Source: Sphingomonadales bacterium
GTDB taxonomy: Bacteria > Pseudomonadota > Alphaproteobacteria > Sphingomonadales > Sphingomonadaceae
Length of the DNA: 58,036 bases
Direction of reading: 5' to 3'
Assembly (NCBI GenBank): GCA_038234545.1
Contig: JBBQTM010000001.1
Coordinates: 1-58,036 of the forward strand
Shown here: one piece after another, positions 1-10,218 of the stretch
How the letters are laid out: the number at the start of each line of letters is the position of its first letter
Numbering within the stretch: the stretch's first letter is position 1
The notes under the pieces: model-generated
The model's input: the letters and a program-made list of their open reading frames with translations, nothing else
Databases searched by the model: none
What the model was told of the DNA's origin: nothing
Position numbers and translations under genes: made by a program

Positions 1-11
1 GGGAGTCCCGC

Positions 12-866
<855 letters not shown>

Positions 867-872
867 GGGCTT

Positions 873-897
873 CCCCGCAAAGTATTACTTTGCGGGG
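873..897. other. Perfect 12-bp inverted repeat just after the OMP stop codon
   Basis: CCCCGCAAAGTA-T-TACTTTGCGGGG. Confidence 0.75.
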
Positions 898-957
898 GCC
901 CCTAAGCGAACGGCCCATGACGGACTGGTAAGATAGTCCGATCCAAGGCAACAATTG

Positions 958-986
958 GCCCGCCGGAGCAATCCGGCGGGCTTTTT
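958..986 (+). terminator. Rho-independent terminator of the OMP gene
   Basis: GCCCGCCGGA-GCAA-TCCGGCGGGC followed by TTTTT. Confidence 0.85.
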
Positions 987-1110
987 GTATGTTTTGATCA
1001 GGGCGCGTCAGTCGGAGGAGCAGTGGGACGAAACGTAGAATAACGGCTAGGCCCAAACGGTTATTATCTTCATTGGGTGCTCGGCGGAACGTTTGCGACC
1101 GTGACTAGAG

Positions 1111-2901
1111 TCAATGACGCCAGTGATCGAGGGTTTCGCCAAGGCCGGTTTTGAGCGGGCCAAGCCATTGTTCGAATGCGCGCCATCGATCGAGGCCATC
1201 CTGATTGATTGCCTTGCGGACCTGCCCGGCGCTGATCGTCCTGACGGCGCGTTGATTTTGATGAAAATTCAGACATTCCGGCGCGAACGGCAGGCTAAGA
1301 TAATCGAGCAAACGCCGCACTTCGCCCTCCAGATCGTTGACTAGATCCTCATAGATAATGCGATGCGCCGCACCCGGCTGGACTACGTCGAAATGGCGCA
1401 TGAGCCGGACGTAGTCCGCATAATATCGCCCCATCGTGTCGAGCGCGTTCGAGTGATCGAGCCCGCGCGCGTAAAGCTGCTTCCAGTTGGAAAAGCAGCA
1501 GGCCATGGGATCCCTGCGAACGTCGATGATGCGTGCGTTCGGCAGGATCAGGCGGATTAGCCCAAAATGCATCCAGTTGTTTGGCATCTTGTCGGTAAAG
1601 TTTGGCCGAGCGGTTCGGCGGTGGATCCTGGTCGTGGCGAGATAGCTATCCCCCAGCGCAGCAAGGTCCGCTGCGGGAAGGCTGGCGAGGTAACGTTCGA
1701 ACGGCTTATGGCGGCGGGCTGCGGTCTCACCCATCTGGCGGACGATGTTCGGTATGTCAGTAAGCTCGGCTGTTCCCTCGATTGCGGGATGACTGGCGAG
1801 GATCTGCTCGACCAGGGTTGACCCCGAGCGCTGCATGCCAACGATGAAGATCGGGTCACAAGCATCCGTTCCCTGACCGGCACGGGCTTTGAAAAAGGCA
1901 GGGGTGAACAGAGCGATATTCTTGTCCACCCAGTCGCTGATCATCTCCTTATCATAGTCCGAGATGGAAACCCGTAGCTTGTTGCCAGTGGCGTAATGGG
2001 CATAGGCGGCCGCAGCCTCATTACGGTCTTCATGGGCCTTGCCGAGTGCGAAGTTGAGGCGGATCTGGTTCTGAATTGCCCTGTTCGGGATCGCCAAGCC
2101 CTCTTCCATCGCCGCAATGTCGCCGTCGTCGAAGCGTACTGTTTTCAAATTGGCCAGGCTCCACCACGATGTGCCTTCGCCAGGATAGGCGGCTGTAATT
2201 GAGCGATAGATAGCGATCGCTTCCACCTCGCGACCTAACGATCGCAAGGCATGGCCAATGCGCAACCCGTACCGGAGGATGTCGGGAGCCGCCGCGGCCG
2301 ACAGTCGCTCGAGGATAGCCAATTCTTCGTCGAGCCGGCCAAGCGCGCCCAATGCCTCGGCGCGCAGCGACTGGATCGCTTCCGAGTCGATCACGATCGG
2401 GTCGATGGTGTCAATCTCGGACAAAGCGAGTGCCGAACGTTTCGACCGATGAAGCAATTCCGCCAGCGCCAGCCGAGTGGTGGGTTCGTCCGGCGCCTCC
2501 GCGACGGCGCGTCGCAGCAACGGTTCGGCGACCTCAAAGTCGTTCGCGCCAGTCGCTTGAAGCCCGAGCATTGTCAGGGCGAGGACGTCACTCTCGTCCT
2601 TCGCAAGGAGTCCGCGGAGCAGGGCTCGCGCGCGACCCTGATTGCCCGATTGGAGCGCCTGCGCCGCGGCGCGATGCGCCGGGTTGCGGGTTGACGCCGC
2701 TAGCGCCTGTTTGACCGCGACAGCGGCGTCGGCGGCCTTGCCCAATCGCCGAAGCGCGGCCCCAAGCAGCCGGAGCGCCTCGGCACTGTCTGGATCGCTG
2801 GCCAGCAGGCTGCGCGCGTGGGCCTCCGCAGCCGCAGGATCGGAGGAGATCAACTGTCGCGCCCGGGCCAGCGTCGCCTGCTTGGCAATGATCGTCGTCA
2901 C
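1111..2901 (-). CDS. TPR-repeat sulfotransferase (Sulfotransfer_3-type C-terminal domain)
   Basis: Ala/Leu-rich helical TPR N-terminus; PAPS 5'-motif PIFIVGMQRSGSTLVEQIL; DKMP and RRDPMACCFS 3'-motif; start re-picked at GTG 2901 behind GGAGAG. Confidence 0.88.
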   Translation of the reverse strand: MTTIIAKQATLARARQLISSDPAAAEAHARSLLASDPDSAEALRLLGAALRRLGKAADAAVAVKQALAASTRNPAHRAAAQALQSGNQGRARALLRGLLAKDESDVLALTMLGLQATGANDFEVAEPLLRRAVAEAPDEPTTRLALAELLHRSKRSALALSEIDTIDPIVIDSEAIQSLRAEALGALGRLDEELAILERLSAAAAPDILRYGLRIGHALRSLGREVEAIAIYRSITAAYPGEGTSWWSLANLKTVRFDDGDIAAMEEGLAIPNRAIQNQIRLNFALGKAHEDRNEAAAAYAHYATGNKLRVSISDYDKEMISDWVDKNIALFTPAFFKARAGQGTDACDPIFIVGMQRSGSTLVEQILASHPAIEGTAELTDIPNIVRQMGETAARRHKPFERYLASLPAADLAALGDSYLATTRIHRRTARPNFTDKMPNNWMHFGLIRLILPNARIIDVRRDPMACCFSNWKQLYARGLDHSNALDTMGRYYADYVRLMRHFDVVQPGAAHRIIYEDLVNDLEGEVRRLLDYLSLPFAPECLNFHQNQRAVRTISAGQVRKAINQDGLDRWRAFEQWLGPLKTGLGETLDHWRH

Positions 2902-2956
2902 CGGTCTCTCCGTCTTCGCTTTAAACCCGCCTAGCACGTCTTGAGAATGAAGCGGA

Positions 2957-3946
2957 TCAGCGGGAAGAAACTGGCCCATTTGCGCCTTGGTGACGCGGAT
3001 GGAATAACGCATTGCCCGTGCCGGCTTCAAAGATCAGGTTCTGGAACAAGAACTTTTCCAGCACGTGGTAGAGCAGTTGACCGTTGCGCATCAGAACGTC
3101 TTCCGCACCCAGTGCCAACAGGTCCTGACGTGCCGACATGACTAACTCGCGATAAATGGGAATTCCGGAATCGTCGGTCTCGAATCGGCTCCAGGCGGCG
3201 TTCCATCCAGCAATCAGCCGGTCAAGTCGCGCCCGAACCGCCGGGAACTGGGGCGCATCAATCGCCAAATCGACCAGATCGCCAACGTGGCACCGTAACT
3301 CCCACGAGGACATGATCTTCGGAAAATTATATCGCTCATAAACCAGTTCGCGCTTGCCCGCGCCCGAAGGCATGAGGGCAGACCCGTTTGTATCTGCGGA
3401 TGACGACCGCTCGGGATTGATCAGATCCCACAACCGTTCGCCCCCGACCGTGTCGAAGACCAGGTGCACGCGCTGCGCGGAACCGCGGTTGTGGACGTGG
3501 TGCTTTCGAAACGTGTCAAACACCCATGCTTCGCCGGCAGCCATGTTGACGGTCTGGTCGCCGCAGGTGAAATCGACATCGGGATTGGTGATCACCGGAA
3601 TATGGAGGCGAATGTGCGTGCGCCAATAATAATTGTTATCGATATGCTCCGGGACAATTGCGTTCGCACCCAGGCCCATCAGCCGACTGCGCCCCCACAC
3701 TGCGCCGATCTCCGCCATCAATTCCATCACATAAGGGCAGCGAAGCAGATATTCGGTCGGCGCCATCGGACCAACGAATTCGTTGGTCAGTTGCCCAGCG
3801 GGAGTGACCAACGGCACCGCTTCGTTTCCCGGGAAACGCTGCGGATGCGGTATCCAGGCCGATGGCGGCAAGGCCCGGACTTCCGCGGCGAGCGTATCCG
3901 CGCAGAACCCGATCGGGAGCTTGATCAGCGGCCTGTCAAAATGCAC
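2957..3946 (-). CDS. Aspartyl/asparaginyl beta-hydroxylase-domain 2OG-Fe(II) oxygenase with C-terminal extension
   Basis: HxD (EHIDNNYYW), RLHIPVITN, distal His (HHVHNRG), RVHLVFD 2OG-binding Arg; about 130 extra C-terminal residues. Confidence 0.85.
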   Translation of the reverse strand: MHFDRPLIKLPIGFCADTLAAEVRALPPSAWIPHPQRFPGNEAVPLVTPAGQLTNEFVGPMAPTEYLLRCPYVMELMAEIGAVWGRSRLMGLGANAIVPEHIDNNYYWRTHIRLHIPVITNPDVDFTCGDQTVNMAAGEAWVFDTFRKHHVHNRGSAQRVHLVFDTVGGERLWDLINPERSSSADTNGSALMPSGAGKRELVYERYNFPKIMSSWELRCHVGDLVDLAIDAPQFPAVRARLDRLIAGWNAAWSRFETDDSGIPIYRELVMSARQDLLALGAEDVLMRNGQLLYHVLEKFLFQNLIFEAGTGNALFHPRHQGANGPVSSR

Positions 3947-4115
3947 CTGCTTGATCTCCGTAAATGACGCGCGAGAAGCTGGCGTGCGCCGATTAATCAG
4001 TACTTGCTTACGCTAGTCAAAACAATCAAGTTGCGGGTGTGCCTGCCGTACGAAACGGGCCGACAGGGCGGGCAAGGCAATGGCCGGCATCCGCCGGGTG
4101 CCGACCGGGATCGTC

Positions 4116-4739
4116 ATGATAATTTCACACCTTCACAAGTTCATCTTTGTCGCGGTCCCCAAGACCGGGACGCATTCGGTACGGCAAGCCCTGCGCGAGC
4201 AAATGGGCGACGAGGATATCGAGCAGGTCGGTCTGTTCGTTGCCAAGAAATTCCCTGAGCCGGAGCTTGCCAAGCTGCGCCATGGCCACATCACACTGAG
4301 ACAAGTGCAACCGTTTCTCGCGGCGAGCGATCTTCGAGCCTATTTCAAGTTTGGCTTCGTTCGGAATCCGTTCGACCGGTTTGTCTCTTACTGCGCGTTC
4401 ATGACCCGCGATCAAGACGTTTTCGAACGCCAACCGCAGTCGGTGATGCGCCACCTGCTATTCGAAGCTCCGCCACATCATCACATCTTGTTTCAGTCCC
4501 AGCACCAATTTCTGGTCGGGACGGACGACGCCCTGCTGAGCGATTACGTCGGTCGGGTCGAGGAGATGCAGGAGGGATATGATGAGATTTGCGAACGAAT
4601 CGGTATCTCCTCGCGGCCGCTCGATAAGGTCAACGGTTCGCGCCGTGGCAATTACCGCGACTATTATGACCAGCAATTGATCGATGGAGTGGCGAAGCTC
4701 TACGCTCGCGACTTAGAGCTTTTCGGCTACGATTTCTAA
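4116..4739 (+). CDS. Sulfotransferase family 2 protein
   Basis: FIFVAVPKTGTHS PAPS motif, FVRNPFDRFVS, C-terminal YARDLELFGYDF; start re-picked at ATG 4116. Confidence 0.88.
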   Translation: MIISHLHKFIFVAVPKTGTHSVRQALREQMGDEDIEQVGLFVAKKFPEPELAKLRHGHITLRQVQPFLAASDLRAYFKFGFVRNPFDRFVSYCAFMTRDQDVFERQPQSVMRHLLFEAPPHHHILFQSQHQFLVGTDDALLSDYVGRVEEMQEGYDEICERIGISSRPLDKVNGSRRGNYRDYYDQQLIDGVAKLYARDLELFGYDF

Positions 4740-4752
4740 CAGAGAGCGGTTT

Positions 4753-5328
4753 ATGCATCCCAATCCTCGAAAGACGAATGCGGTTCGCACGCTTGGTATG
4801 ATCGACATCGTCCAGCTGCGCGAAGCGGTGCTGGCGCTGCCTCAAGAGGTCTGGGACGCGGAAAACGCCGCCAAGCCGAACCGTTTCGACGCCCTGGATA
4901 GTACACGTCACATCATCTTTCGGTTCGTCACGAAACTGTCCGACTGGCGGGAATCGTATGACGGGCAGCTGTGGGAGGAATGGCGGCCCCTGATCCAGCC
5001 AATCCTTGCTGCGGCGACTGCTGATTATGGGTATAAGTCTGGGGCATTCCCGCGCGTCATGCTTGCCAATATGGCGCCCGGCGGAGTGATTCATCCGCAT
5101 CGCGACACCAACCGTGCCGCGAAATGGCCGCATAAAATTCACGTGCCCCTTGTGACCAACAATCAGGTGGCTTTCTACATCGACGATGTCGCATATCACT
5201 TTGCCGAAGGCGAAGCGGTCGAAGTCAACAACATGGCGACGCACGCGGTCACCAATAATGGTGCAGGCGATCGCATCCATCTGATCTTCGAATATTTCGA
5301 TCTCGATCAGACGATCCCGTTTGAATGA
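4753..5328 (+). CDS. Aspartyl/asparaginyl beta-hydroxylase-domain 2OG-Fe(II) oxygenase
   Basis: PGGVIHPHRD (HxD), KIHVPLVTN, GEAVEVNN..HAVTNNG..DRIHLIF. Confidence 0.88.
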   Translation: MHPNPRKTNAVRTLGMIDIVQLREAVLALPQEVWDAENAAKPNRFDALDSTRHIIFRFVTKLSDWRESYDGQLWEEWRPLIQPILAAATADYGYKSGAFPRVMLANMAPGGVIHPHRDTNRAAKWPHKIHVPLVTNNQVAFYIDDVAYHFAEGEAVEVNNMATHAVTNNGAGDRIHLIFEYFDLDQTIPFE

Positions 5329-5424
5329 TCCGCGGTCGAACTAAAGATCAGTTGCATTGTGCGACTTGAAGGAACTTTGAGTTTCGAAGCGCATTGATGG
5401 GCTAAACGAACTCAAGTTCTGAAA

Positions 5425-5982
5425 GTGAATGTTATGAGGACGCTAGCACTTCGCCTGGCGGTCGCGGGATCACTCGCGCTGTCGCTTGCCGCCGCCCCCG
5501 CGATAGCGATGATCGAGACACCTGAAGCGAAGGCCGCCGCCGCCGATGCTGCTGCCGATGCTCACGCCGACATGGTCGCGACGTTCGGCGTCGATCAGCT
5601 TCGTCCGGGCCAATATCTGTGGGACGACGAGGCTGGAAACGGCGCACCGCGGGTGATTATCAGCCTGTCGGACCAGACGGCATATCTGTACCGCGGCGAA
5701 CGTCTGGCGGCGGTCACCAGCATCTCGAGCGGCAAGGAGACGAACCCGACCCCGACCGGCTATTTCCCGATCATGGAGAAGAAGGTCATGCATCGCAGCC
5801 GCAAATATGACAATGCGCCGATGCCGCACATGCAGCGCCTCGACACCTATGGGATCGCGCTCCACGCCGGGATGAACCCCGGGCGGCCCGCGTCGCATGG
5901 TTGCATCCGCCTGCCGGCGAAATTCGCAGCCAAGCTGTTCACCGTGACGAAGGTCGGTACGCCGGTGATGATCGGCGGCTAA
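5425..5982 (+). CDS. L,D-transpeptidase family protein
   Basis: Signal peptide; TPTGYF; catalytic ALHAG...SHGCIRL motif. Confidence 0.9.
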   Translation: MNVMRTLALRLAVAGSLALSLAAAPAIAMIETPEAKAAAADAAADAHADMVATFGVDQLRPGQYLWDDEAGNGAPRVIISLSDQTAYLYRGERLAAVTSISSGKETNPTPTGYFPIMEKKVMHRSRKYDNAPMPHMQRLDTYGIALHAGMNPGRPASHGCIRLPAKFAAKLFTVTKVGTPVMIGG

Positions 5983-6056
5983 AAGCCTGTGTCACCCAAT
6001 CACCGTGCTCCTCCGACGGTTAGCGCCCCCTGAGATAGTGTGGAGGCGCCTTCAGG

Positions 6057-6584
6057 TCAGAGCTTTCCGTATCGTTGTTCAAACCCGTCCACGTCGCCGC
6101 GCGCAAGATAGCTGGCCTGGTCGACAACTTTGTCACGAACCAGGCGGCCGCGAAACGCGCCGAGCATCTGGTCAAGATCGTCGACCTGGGCGGGCGACAA
6201 TTTGGCGATCTGGTCGAACCGGTTCAGCCCGTGGCTGTTAAGCAAAGCGGCGAGCTTGGGGCCGATTCCCTTCAATTGTACGAGATCGTCGGGCGGGCCC
6301 GACGCGCCAGGAAGCGAATCATGAACCCGGGCCGAGAGGATGGTTCCGCTGAGGTCGGCAGCAGCCGCGGCGGCCTCATCGGCCAGGCCACGGCCTTCGC
6401 CAGCGACGTGTACTGCACCTTTGGTGCCGAATGCTGATTTGGGCTGGACCGTCATATGCGGGCGGACCGGAGCGCTGTCGGTCAGCGCGACCCTCTGTCG
6501 CGGGCGGAGCAGGAAATAAAGCAGCAATAGTGCGAGGAGGGCGCCGACCAGCGCCAGCGGCCAATAGGCAATCAGTACGTCCAT
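6057..6584 (-). CDS. Membrane-anchored helix-hairpin-helix protein (COG3743-like)
   Basis: N-terminal TM (YWPLALVGALLALLLLYFL); DDLVQLKGIGPKLAALLN..G..RFDQIA HhH motif; start at ATG 6584. Confidence 0.75.
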   Translation of the reverse strand: MDVLIAYWPLALVGALLALLLLYFLLRPRQRVALTDSAPVRPHMTVQPKSAFGTKGAVHVAGEGRGLADEAAAAAADLSGTILSARVHDSLPGASGPPDDLVQLKGIGPKLAALLNSHGLNRFDQIAKLSPAQVDDLDQMLGAFRGRLVRDKVVDQASYLARGDVDGFEQRYGKL

Positions 6585-6597
6585 ATCCCGTCCCCCG

Positions 6598-6696
6598 TCA
6601 GCGGCGCGGCGCACGGAACGCCAGCACCCCGCTGACGATCCCGATCAACAACGCCACCACCAGTACCGGCCAATAATAACTCAAAATTGTCATCAT
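6598..6696 (-). CDS. Small single-TM membrane peptide (32 aa), absent from ORF track
   Basis: MMTILSYYWPVLVVALLIGIVSGVLAFRAPRR*; ATGA overlap with the upstream stop; fills the gap between two co-oriented genes. Confidence 0.7.
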   Translation of the reverse strand: MMTILSYYWPVLVVALLIGIVSGVLAFRAPRR

Positions 6697-7109
6697 GCGT
6701 AGATGGCTTCCTCAGCGCGGCGGCGGAGTGCGGCAATGTAGGCCAGGACCGCGCCGATCGCAAAGCAGGCGAGCGCCATCAGCATGACCTCGGCCAGCAA
6801 CGGAAGCGCGCGTGGGCCAGGGCGGCCGGCCCAGACGGTGTCGGCCACACCGGGCACTTCGCGCCCGATGCGGAGAATTTCGCCGCGCTGGAAACCATCG
6901 GCCGGGCCGTCGAAGCGCAAGGTGCGCGTCAGCGGATCGCGCTGGAGCCGCACGGCGACGCCCGGCATTTCATAATGATCGAGCGTGATCCGCATGGTGC
7001 GCTCGGCGGTGGCCGTGAAGCGGTTCGCCGCGCCACCAGGCCAGTGCCACAGGCTGGCGGCGGCAAGGGTGGCAAGAATACCCAGGGCGAGGGCGGGGTT
7101 GCGCTTCAT
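6693..7109 (-). CDS. Two-TM membrane protein with a possible BON-like central domain
   Basis: ATG 7109 overlaps purD stop (ATGA) behind GGAGAGGA; hydrophobic N- and C-termini; central LRFDGPADGFQR...VPGVADTV resembles BON pattern. Confidence 0.65.
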   Translation of the reverse strand: MKRNPALALGILATLAAASLWHWPGGAANRFTATAERTMRITLDHYEMPGVAVRLQRDPLTRTLRFDGPADGFQRGEILRIGREVPGVADTVWAGRPGPRALPLLAEVMLMALACFAIGAVLAYIAALRRRAEEAIYA

Positions 7110-8356
7110 GTTGTCCTCTCCAGTTCGCGCCAGCCGATGTCGCGGCGGTGGAAGCCATCGGCGAAGTCGATTGCATCGACCGCAGCATATGCGCGGTCGC
7201 GGGCGGTGTGGAGGTCCTGGCCGGTGGCGGTCACCGCCAGCACCCGGCCGCCGCTGGCGATGAGCCGGTCGCCGTCTTGAACGGTGCCGGCGTGGAACAC
7301 CGTCACGCCGGGGATGGCTTCGGCAGCGTCGAGGTTGGCGATGGTGCCGCCCTTGCGTGGCGTACCGGGATAGCCGTGCGCGGCCACTATCACGGTCATT
7401 GCGGTGTCGAGGGAAAGCGATGGGGCTGCGAAATCGGCGCCGGTCGCCACGGCATATAATAGAGCCGCGAAATCGCCCTCGATCCGCGCGCAGATCGCTT
7501 CGCATTCTGGATCGCCGAAGCGGACATTATATTCGATCAGGCTTGGGCCATCGGGGGTGAGCATCAGCCCGGCGAACAATATGCCGCTGAACGGGGTTCC
7601 GGCCTCGGCCATCGCGCGGGCGGTTGGCTCGACGATCTCGAGCATCGCGCGAGCTTCGAGCTCTGGGGTTAGGATCGGGGCGGGGGAGTAAGCGCCCATG
7701 CCGCCGGTGTTGAGGCCGGTGTCGCCCTCGCCGACGCGCTTGTGATCCTGCGCGGAGGCGAGCACGACGCAGCGCGGGCCGTCGACCAAGGCGAACAGGC
7801 TGGCTTCCTCCCCCTCCAGGAACGCCTCGATCACCAACGGCCCGTCACCCGCGGCGCGGACTGCCGCCTCGGCCTCGGCGCAGGTCATTGCAACGGTGAC
7901 CCCTTTTCCTGCGGCGAGGCCGTCGGCCTTGATGACGACCGGGATCGAAAAATCGTCGAGCGCGGCCAGCGCGGCGGCCTCGGTCTCGACGCGAACGTAG
8001 GCAGCAGTCGGGATGTTGGCGCAGGCGCACAGATCCTTGGTGAAGCCCTTGCTGCCTTCCAGTTGCGCGGCGGCGGCGGAGGGACCGAAGGTGGCGATTC
8101 CGGCGGTGCGCAGGGCGTCGGCGACGCCCGCGACCAACGGCGCTTCGGGGCCGACCACGACCAGGTCGACCGCCTCGGACTTGGCGAGGGCGACGACGGC
8201 GGCGACATCGCACGGGTCGATTGCGTGGCATGTGGCCCAGCGCTCGATTCCGGGATTGCCGGGCGCGGCGATCAGGCGATCACAGCTTGGCGATTGCGAA
8301 AGCCGCCACGCCAGCGCATCTTCGCGGCCCCCCGACCCGAGCAGCAGGATATTCAT
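7106..8356 (-). CDS. purD: Phosphoribosylamine--glycine ligase
   Basis: [80 protein letters not shown]. Confidence 0.97.
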   Translation of the reverse strand: MNILLLGSGGREDALAWRLSQSPSCDRLIAAPGNPGIERWATCHAIDPCDVAAVVALAKSEAVDLVVVGPEAPLVAGVADALRTAGIATFGPSAAAAQLEGSKGFTKDLCACANIPTAAYVRVETEAAALAALDDFSIPVVIKADGLAAGKGVTVAMTCAEAEAAVRAAGDGPLVIEAFLEGEEASLFALVDGPRCVVLASAQDHKRVGEGDTGLNTGGMGAYSPAPILTPELEARAMLEIVEPTARAMAEAGTPFSGILFAGLMLTPDGPSLIEYNVRFGDPECEAICARIEGDFAALLYAVATGADFAAPSLSLDTAMTVIVAAHGYPGTPRKGGTIANLDAAEAIPGVTVFHAGTVQDGDRLIASGGRVLAVTATGQDLHTARDRAYAAVDAIDFADGFHRRDIGWRELERTT

Positions 8357-9776
8357 GAGCGTTTCCGATACTGATCCGGCACCTGGCCCAGACGATGATG
8401 CATCCGGCCTGTTAGCCAAACAGGAGACGGGCGACAATTCGCCGCCGTTCTCGGTCAGCGAATTGTCGGGCGCATTGAAGCGCACGGTCGAGGATGCGTT
8501 CGGGCATGTCCGCGTGCGCGGCGAAATATCGGGGTGGAAGCGCCACGGATCGGGTCACTGCTATTTCACGATGAAGGACGAATCGGCGTGCATCGACGCG
8601 GTGCTGTGGCGCGGCCAGGCCGGGCGCTTGCAATTCGCGCCTGAGGACGGGGCCGAAGTGATCGCATCGGGCAAGCTCACCACTTATCCGGGACGATCGA
8701 AATACCAGTTGGTCGTCGACCGGCTCGAGCTGGCCGGGAAGGGCGCGCTGATGGCGCTACTCGACAAGCGAAGGCGAGCCTTGGCGGCGGAGGGGCTGTT
8801 TGCGGAGGAGCGCAAGCGGGCGCTGCCGTTCCTGCCGCGCACCATCGGGATCGTCACCTCGCCGACCGGGGCGGTGATTCGCGATATATTGCACCGGCTG
8901 GCCGACCGCTGCCCGACGCACGTGCTGGTGTGGCCGGTGCCAGTCCAGGGCGAGGGTGCGGCGGCCAAGGTGGCGGGGGCGATTCGCGGATTTGCCCAGC
9001 TTAAGAGTGCGCCCGACCTGATCATCGTCGCGCGCGGCGGCGGCTCGATCGAGGATCTGTGGGCCTTCAACGAGGAGATCGTGGTGCGCGCCGCGGCCGA
9101 ATCGCCGATCCCGCTGATCAGCGCGGTCGGGCATGAAACCGACACCACGCTGATCGACTTCGCCGCCGATCGCCGTGCACCGACCCCGACCGCGGCGGCG
9201 GAAATGGCGGTGCCGGTGCTGGCCGAGCTGGCCGCGATGTTGCGCGACCGTGGAGATCGAATGGGATCGTGCCTCGCGTTGCAAGCGGGGCGGGCGGGCG
9301 AGCGGCTGGGGCAGCTTGCGGCGCGCTGGCCTGAGGCGGCGCGATTGTTCGAGCCGACGCGGGCAACACTGGGCGAGGTTGCCGCGCGATTGCCGCGCGC
9401 GCTGGGGGCTCGGGCGGCGCATGCCCGGGCCGACCTTGGCGAAGTGGCGCCGAGGTTGCGGGTGGCACTGGTCGAACAACGGGTCGAGCGCGGCGCCGAG
9501 CAGCTCAAGGGATTGTGGCGGCTGGCCGGGCTGGCGCATCCCGAGCGGCCGCTAAGCAAGGGATTCGTCCGGGTCACCGACCGGCAGGGCAAGACCATCA
9601 TCCACGCGGGCGACGCGCGCGAGGCGGGGGCGCTCAGCCTACGTTTCGCCGACGGATCGGTCGATGCGACCGTCGATGGCGCCGCGGGGCGACTTGAGCG
9701 CGCGGCGCCGAAATCGTATCGGCCGGCGAAACCGGGTGTGACGCACAAGCCGCAGCCGGGATTGTTCGATGAGTAG
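8355..9776 (+). CDS. xseA: Exodeoxyribonuclease VII large subunit
   Basis: [63 protein letters not shown]; exact start uncertain. Confidence 0.95.
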   Translation: MSVSDTDPAPGPDDDASGLLAKQETGDNSPPFSVSELSGALKRTVEDAFGHVRVRGEISGWKRHGSGHCYFTMKDESACIDAVLWRGQAGRLQFAPEDGAEVIASGKLTTYPGRSKYQLVVDRLELAGKGALMALLDKRRRALAAEGLFAEERKRALPFLPRTIGIVTSPTGAVIRDILHRLADRCPTHVLVWPVPVQGEGAAAKVAGAIRGFAQLKSAPDLIIVARGGGSIEDLWAFNEEIVVRAAAESPIPLISAVGHETDTTLIDFAADRRAPTPTAAAEMAVPVLAELAAMLRDRGDRMGSCLALQAGRAGERLGQLAARWPEAARLFEPTRATLGEVAARLPRALGARAAHARADLGEVAPRLRVALVEQRVERGAEQLKGLWRLAGLAHPERPLSKGFVRVTDRQGKTIIHAGDAREAGALSLRFADGSVDATVDGAAGRLERAAPKSYRPAKPGVTHKPQPGLFDE

Positions 9777-9805
9777 GAGCCGCGTGACATGCCGATGAGC
9801 ATCAT

Positions 9806-10030
9806 ATGCTGACCACCGGACGCGGGCGCGAGGCCCGGCTGCATTATCTGGCAGGCACCTTCCGGATGCTCGGCGCGGGTGATCATGTGCGTTGTGCCGA
9901 GACCCATGCCCTCATCCCGCTCGAGCAACTGCGCTACTGGAGCGTCGAGCGGCAGGAGGCCTATGTCGACGCCTCTGCAAGCCTTGCCGCCGAATGCCGC
10001 GCAGCCGGGCAGCAAACCGCCAAGCGCTAA
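9806..10030 (+). CDS. DUF2093 family small protein
   Basis: V.CA.T...IPLEQLRYWSVERQEAY pattern. Confidence 0.8.
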   Translation: MLTTGRGREARLHYLAGTFRMLGAGDHVRCAETHALIPLEQLRYWSVERQEAYVDASASLAAECRAAGQQTAKR

Positions 10031-10218
10031 GCCGCCGCCGAAGCGCGACTTTTCACTGTGGCGCGGCTGTCACAGTGGATTAACAAAAGCTGCATGACCC
10101 CCTCGCGGCGCTGGACAGCGAGGCACCTTTTGAAGCTAAACGAAACCCACGTGGGGGTGGATTGCGCCCGCGAACCAGAGGCGTCGCCGAAAATGGCGCC
10201 CCGATTCGGGAGATTATA

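Noticed and set aside
2902-3030. Long N-terminal extensions in the ORF track (TPR-sulfotransferase, purD, xseA, DUF559, thioesterase, M1-like peptidase and others)
   Set aside because: They overlap neighbouring genes; downstream starts with SD sites or NTGA coupling fit better
5983-6056. Possible bidirectional terminator or small RNA between convergent genes
   Set aside because: Only a weak GCGCC/GGCGC stem with no U-tract
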